Positions 28,431-32,795 of a stretch of DNA of 32,795 bases are shown here, in pieces. The number at the start of each line of letters is the position of its first letter. Position 1 is the first letter of the stretch. The notes below the pieces were generated by a model that worked only from the letters and a program-made list of their open reading frames with translations, did not search any database and was not told where the DNA came from. The translations under genes were made by a program, and so were the position numbers. The stretch is from Reclinomonas americana ATCC 50394 (lineage: Eukaryota), in the NCBI GenBank assembly GCA_048213135.1, contig PS015695.1:56751-89545 (forward strand), given 5' to 3'.

Positions 28431-30209
28431 CTAGTAGTCGTAGAGCCCACGAAAAGCCCGCTCCTGGGCGCTGTCCCGCGTCTCGCGGGCCATCTCGATG
28501 GCTGCTTGCATCTGTTCGCTCAAGGTACGCTCCGCAGCACGCATGGGATTGTCCATGGCCGCGGGAAGCCGCTTCGCGCGAACTTCGTCGGCAAGCCTTG
28601 CGATCACATGCATCCACGGTGAAAACTTTTCGGAGAGCATATAACGGCTGGTCCGCATCGGATGAAGCCATCGCAGCACCTCGGCCGACCACGGCGTGGT
28701 CATGGCCTGAACCCACGGGCTGACGAAGTTGCTGTAGAGCGTCTCGTTCGCCTGCGACAATTGTCGCACGCGTTCAAAGGCTTTCCGCGGATTGTCGAAG
28801 GCCAAGTCTTCGACGCGCCGCTCTTCGAAGGAAACGCTGTATTGCGGTTTGCGACAGTCAGGATCGTTGGTCGGGTTGGAGATCTTCATCTCGTAGAGGC
28901 CGGGCGGAAGGTTCACGACGTCATCGAGGCTCTCCAGGATGGCGCGGTGTTCCGAACGCGCGACCGACGCTGAAACGAAGATACCTAGATGCCCGACGCG
29001 GGGATCGGTCATGAAGACAATTCTCTGGCCTGCCTCCTTCAAAGCATCTGTGGTCTTGTAGACGGCCTTAAGCCAGGCCAGAGCCTGATGGGGCGGCGTG
29101 ATGTTGTCGCCGTAGGAGGCAAAGATCACCAGCGGGCTCTTCAGACTACGCAGATCGATCCTCACCGCGTCACCGAGCTCAAGCGTGCCCTGCTCAAGCT
29201 CGTTGCCAATAAAGAGATGATCGACGATCTCGACCATCTCTTCTCGGCTGAAGCTATACCACGCGTTCCACCAGCGCTCGAATTCGAGGAACCGCTTCTC
29301 TTCATGATCGACGTCTAGGTAGAGACTTGCGTATTTGTCCCAGATCGCCGCCTCGGGTTTGAGTGTTTCGAAGTTCTGGACGAGCCAGGCGCCGTCAAAG
29401 CGGCCAGCCCCAAGATCGCCAACGAAGTGCGTGAGCCAGCTCCCGCCGAGCAGGCCGCCGGCGAGCCGCATGGGATTCGCCCCGGACTCGCCTGCCCAAT
29501 AGGAGAGGGGCGAGCCGTTGAGGACGATCGGGCCGACTGGCGCTCGGCAATGAATAGCGACCAGCATGGCGGCCCACCCAGCCTGGCAATTTCCGTAGAG
29601 CACGGGCTTCTTGCCGGGATGTCGCGCGATCACCTCGTCGACAAAGTGGTGCATCGCATGGAGGACATCGATGAGCCTTTGATGCGGGCTCGGCGCCGGA
29701 AAGAAGCTGACGAAGTAGACCGGAAACCCTTCGTGCAGAGCCATGCCGATTTCGGATTCGCGCTTGAAGCCGCCGATGCCCGGCCCGTGCCCGGCGCGCG
29801 GATCCATGATGATGACAGGGGGCTTGGAATCGTCGACGCATGCGTCCGCGTGCTCGGTGTCGGCGGTCGTGATCCGGAGGAGCGCATAATTCGCTGGGCG
29901 TTCGAATCGCCTCGCATCCAGCAGCATTTCGTACTGGAAGGTGAGCACCGGCGGCATGCCGGCTTCCTCATGCTCCAGCATGGTGTTGGCCCGCTTTCTC
30001 AGCACGTCCCAAAACAGGACCGAGCGCTGCCAGGCGTCGATCGGATAAGCCCATATCCCGGCGGGGTCGAACAGCGTGCTCGCTGCTTGGCTGGACGGCG
30101 CCGGATCGCGCATGTCGGCGCGCGGGGAGAGCGATGCAGGAAGAGCCGCCGTCCCGGATTGGGCCAGTGGCGCGCCTTGCTGGCGTTCCGCAGGGATAGT
30201 GACTGGCAT
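28431..30209 (-). CDS. DUF3141-family alpha/beta hydrolase (PHA synthase/depolymerase-like)
   Basis: QRSVLFWDVLRKR, DPRAGHGPGIGGFK, GNCQAGW, GDNITPP, GHLGIFVS. RBS GAGGAG precedes ATG 30209. Confidence 0.85.
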   Translation of the reverse strand: MPVTIPAERQQGAPLAQSGTAALPASLSPRADMRDPAPSSQAASTLFDPAGIWAYPIDAWQRSVLFWDVLRKRANTMLEHEEAGMPPVLTFQYEMLLDARRFERPANYALLRITTADTEHADACVDDSKPPVIIMDPRAGHGPGIGGFKRESEIGMALHEGFPVYFVSFFPAPSPHQRLIDVLHAMHHFVDEVIARHPGKKPVLYGNCQAGWAAMLVAIHCRAPVGPIVLNGSPLSYWAGESGANPMRLAGGLLGGSWLTHFVGDLGAGRFDGAWLVQNFETLKPEAAIWDKYASLYLDVDHEEKRFLEFERWWNAWYSFSREEMVEIVDHLFIGNELEQGTLELGDAVRIDLRSLKSPLVIFASYGDNITPPHQALAWLKAVYKTTDALKEAGQRIVFMTDPRVGHLGIFVSASVARSEHRAILESLDDVVNLPPGLYEMKISNPTNDPDCRKPQYSVSFEERRVEDLAFDNPRKAFERVRQLSQANETLYSNFVSPWVQAMTTPWSAEVLRWLHPMRTSRYMLSEKFSPWMHVIARLADEVRAKRLPAAMDNPMRAAERTLSEQMQAAIEMARETRDSAQERAFRGLYDY

Positions 30210-30439
30210 CGGAAACTCCTCACACATGGCGCGTGCCGCACGCGCTCCTGATCTCACGCCGCGCTGAGCATCTTGTCCTCGACGGACCATTAGGGTTCAC
30301 GGTCGGGCGCCGCAGCGCTGCCGGTTCTTCGCGCGAGCTTCTCAGGACCCAAACCTTGGTCTGTCCCCTTTCGGTTGCGTCCGATGGAGGATTAACAGCC
30401 CCGGCCATCCTTTTCGGATGGCCGGTTCGCAGAAGCCCA

Positions 30440-32542
30440 TTATCCTTGCCTGCGGTAAAAGCGCAGGAACTGCGCATTGATGGCGACAATGATGGTGCTG
30501 GCGGACATGAAGACCGCAGCGACGGCCGGCGTCATCAGGAAGCCGGTGCCGAAAGTAATCCCGGCGGCCATCGGAATCGCCACGGTGTTGTAACCCGTCG
30601 CCCAGATGAGGTTCTGCACCATCTTGCGGTAGGTGGCGCGGGACAGTCCCAGAATGGCCGCGACGTCGCGCGGATCGCTCTTCACGAGCACGACATCCGC
30701 GGACTCGACCGCAACATCCGTGCCGGCACCGATGGCGACGCCGAGGTCCGCCTGAACCAGCGCTGGCGCATCATTGACGCCATCACCGACCATCGCAACC
30801 GAGAGCCCGCGGGCCTGCAGTTCCTTGATCTTGTCGGACTTCTGGTCGGGCAGCACCTCTGCGAAATACTCCGCGATGCCAAGTTCCTTCGAGACGCTCT
30901 CGGCGACGCCCTTCGCATCACCCGTCAACATAACCGGCTTGATGCCAAGCCGCGTCAGCTCGGAGATCGCGTCCTTGGATTCCGGCCGGACGATGTCGGC
31001 GAGTGCGAAGAGTGCCCGCGGTGCGCCATCCCTCAGCAGCGCTACCACCGTCTTGCCCTGAGCTTCGAGTTGCTTGAGCTTGTCGTGCGTGACGGGCTTG
31101 CCCTGCCGGGCGAGATGGCCGGGGCTGACGATACGGATGTCTTGGCCATCGACTTTCGCGACAATGCCTTCGCCTGTGATGTTGCTCACCTCGCTGGCCT
31201 TGGGAATGGTCAGGTTCCTGCGCTTGGCCTCGGCGACGATGCCGTGAGCGATAGGGTGTTCCGATTGATTTTCCGCTGCCGCGGCAAATGTGAGTTCCGT
31301 GTTCTCGTCCCCATCAGCAAGCAGGACAATGTCGCTAACCCCGAAGCGGCCTTCCGTCAGCGTGCCGGTCTTGTCGAGCACGACAGCGTCGAGATTGCGT
31401 GCCCGCTCGAACGCGGCGCGGTCGCGGATGAGTAGGCCGTTGCTGGCGCTCAGCGATGTGCTGACGGCGACCACCAGCGGCACGGCAAGCCCAAGGGCAT
31501 GCGGGCAAGCCACGACCATCACGGTGACCATGCGTTCCAGTGCGAACTCAAGCGGCGCGCCAAGCCAAAGCCACCAGACGAACAGCGTTCCGAAGCCGAC
31601 GACCAGGGCAATGTAGGTCAGCCAGGCGGCCGCCCTGTTGGCGATATCCTGTGTCCGCGAACGCGTCGCCTGCGCTTTTTTCACCAGATCGATGACCTGG
31701 GCGAGATAGGTGGCGTCACCTGTCTTGGTCACTTTGATGGTCACGGCGTTGGCGCCGTTGATCGCCCCGCCGATCGCCGTTGCACCGACCGTCTTGGTGA
31801 CGGGACGCGATTCGCCCGTCAGCATGGCTTCGTTGAAGCCTGACGATCCCTCGACGATTTCTCCGTCAACCGGCACCTTGGCGCCCGGGCGGACGATGAC
31901 GCGGTCACCCGGCTTCAAATCCGTGATCGATACATCGTGCGTCGTGCCGTCGGCATCGATGCGTGTGGCGTGGTCAGGCAACAGCCGGACTAGCTCCTCC
32001 AATGCGCGCGACGCACCCATCACCGAGCGCATCTCGACCCAATGGCCGAGCAGCATGATGGCGATAAGCGTGACGAGCTCCCAGTAGAACGCCTCGCCCG
32101 GGAAACCGAATGTGACCGCCGCCGAGAAGAAATACGCCGCCGAGATCGCCATCGCGATGAGCGTCATCATCCCGGGCTGTCCCTTGCGGAGCTCGGAGAA
32201 GAAGCCGGTTAAGAACGGCCAGCCGCCGTAGAGATAGGCGATGGTCGACAGCGCGAAGAGGACCAGCCCATCACCTGGGAAGGACAGGACATCCGTGAGA
32301 CCGAGCCAATCCCGGATCATCGGCGAAAGCACCAGCACCGGAGGCGTCAGGACCAGGGTGACCCAGAATCGACGGCGGAAATCTGCGACCATGGCTCCGT
32401 GGTCGTGACCAGCGTGGTCCGAATGGGTGGACCCGGCTGCCGCAACGATTTTGGCGCCGCCGTGACCGGCGTCGGATCCGGATTTTGCACTAGTGTGCTG
32501 CTGATGGTCGTGGTGATCGTGATGGGAATGCGGTGAGCTCAT
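30440..32542 (-). CDS. copB: Copper-translocating P1B-3-type ATPase (CopB-like)
   Basis: His-rich N-terminus, [45 protein letters not shown] at 32542 with GAGGA RBS. Confidence 0.93.
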   Translation of the reverse strand: MSSPHSHHDHHDHQQHTSAKSGSDAGHGGAKIVAAAGSTHSDHAGHDHGAMVADFRRRFWVTLVLTPPVLVLSPMIRDWLGLTDVLSFPGDGLVLFALSTIAYLYGGWPFLTGFFSELRKGQPGMMTLIAMAISAAYFFSAAVTFGFPGEAFYWELVTLIAIMLLGHWVEMRSVMGASRALEELVRLLPDHATRIDADGTTHDVSITDLKPGDRVIVRPGAKVPVDGEIVEGSSGFNEAMLTGESRPVTKTVGATAIGGAINGANAVTIKVTKTGDATYLAQVIDLVKKAQATRSRTQDIANRAAAWLTYIALVVGFGTLFVWWLWLGAPLEFALERMVTVMVVACPHALGLAVPLVVAVSTSLSASNGLLIRDRAAFERARNLDAVVLDKTGTLTEGRFGVSDIVLLADGDENTELTFAAAAENQSEHPIAHGIVAEAKRRNLTIPKASEVSNITGEGIVAKVDGQDIRIVSPGHLARQGKPVTHDKLKQLEAQGKTVVALLRDGAPRALFALADIVRPESKDAISELTRLGIKPVMLTGDAKGVAESVSKELGIAEYFAEVLPDQKSDKIKELQARGLSVAMVGDGVNDAPALVQADLGVAIGAGTDVAVESADVVLVKSDPRDVAAILGLSRATYRKMVQNLIWATGYNTVAIPMAAGITFGTGFLMTPAVAAVFMSASTIIVAINAQFLRFYRRQG

Positions 32543-32673
32543 TCGTCCTCGTCCGTCAGATGGCCCGGCCAGAGCGTGGCCATGGCGAGCAATAGGTGTC
32601 TCTGCCGCACTGATCATAACTTGGAGCGACAACGTCCTTGTCACGAACCTCGCCGCCACACGCCCTGAAATCT

Positions 32674-32687
32674 TTAATCCAGATCAA
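32674..32687 (-). promoter_or_regulatory. FNR/FixK-like box upstream of the Cu ATPase
   Basis: The minus strand reads C-TTGAT-CTGG-ATTAA-AGA. Confidence 0.7.
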
Positions 32688-32795
32688 GTTCAGCGTGTCC
32701 GTCGCCTCGGTGCGCCCGACGAAGCCTCTGGCAGGATCTCGGAGGAGGGGGAAGCGAAGGCGTCTATCCGAGTGTGATGGTTGTCCCGGCTTTGC

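Noticed and set aside
1-32795. CRISPR arrays, tRNA/rRNA genes, integrase or replication genes
   Set aside because: No regularly spaced repeats, RNA-gene signatures or such ORFs were seen in the readable sequence.

Overview
High-GC, alphaproteobacterial-looking accessory region with three scaffold gaps (1176-1518, 11373-12090, 14048-14677). The left end is a decay zone: an IS66 element inserted into a frameshifted MFS gene, a ferredoxin-NADP reductase remnant, and an in-frame chimera of an ABC1/UbiB N-terminus with a 5'-truncated Fe/Mn SOD. The rest is a largely intact stress/metal island. It carries archaeal-type (type II) GAPDH, a Tat multicopper oxidase with a CopL-like gene, and divergent mntH/mntR with an MntR box. 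A tightly coupled minus-strand operon (prs-like, phosphoketolase-like, beta-CASP nuclease, AMP/thymidine phosphorylase, cytochrome b, MgtC/DUF4010) lies divergent from ftsH-yhiI-rbbA-yhhJ. Further right are an MFS exporter, a solitary HhH + PD-(D/E)xK-like nuclease, a DUF3141 hydrolase and a P1B-3 Cu ATPase. Six transcription units have an FNR/FixK-type box, five of them an oriented variant (CTT(G/A)AT-N4-RTTAA), suggesting a low-oxygen regulon. The best candidate for an undescribed system is the prs/xfp/beta-CASP/AMP-phosphorylase operon, hypothesised to be a hypoxia-induced RNA/nucleotide-ribose catabolic module. All family calls come from motif recognition by eye, not database searches.
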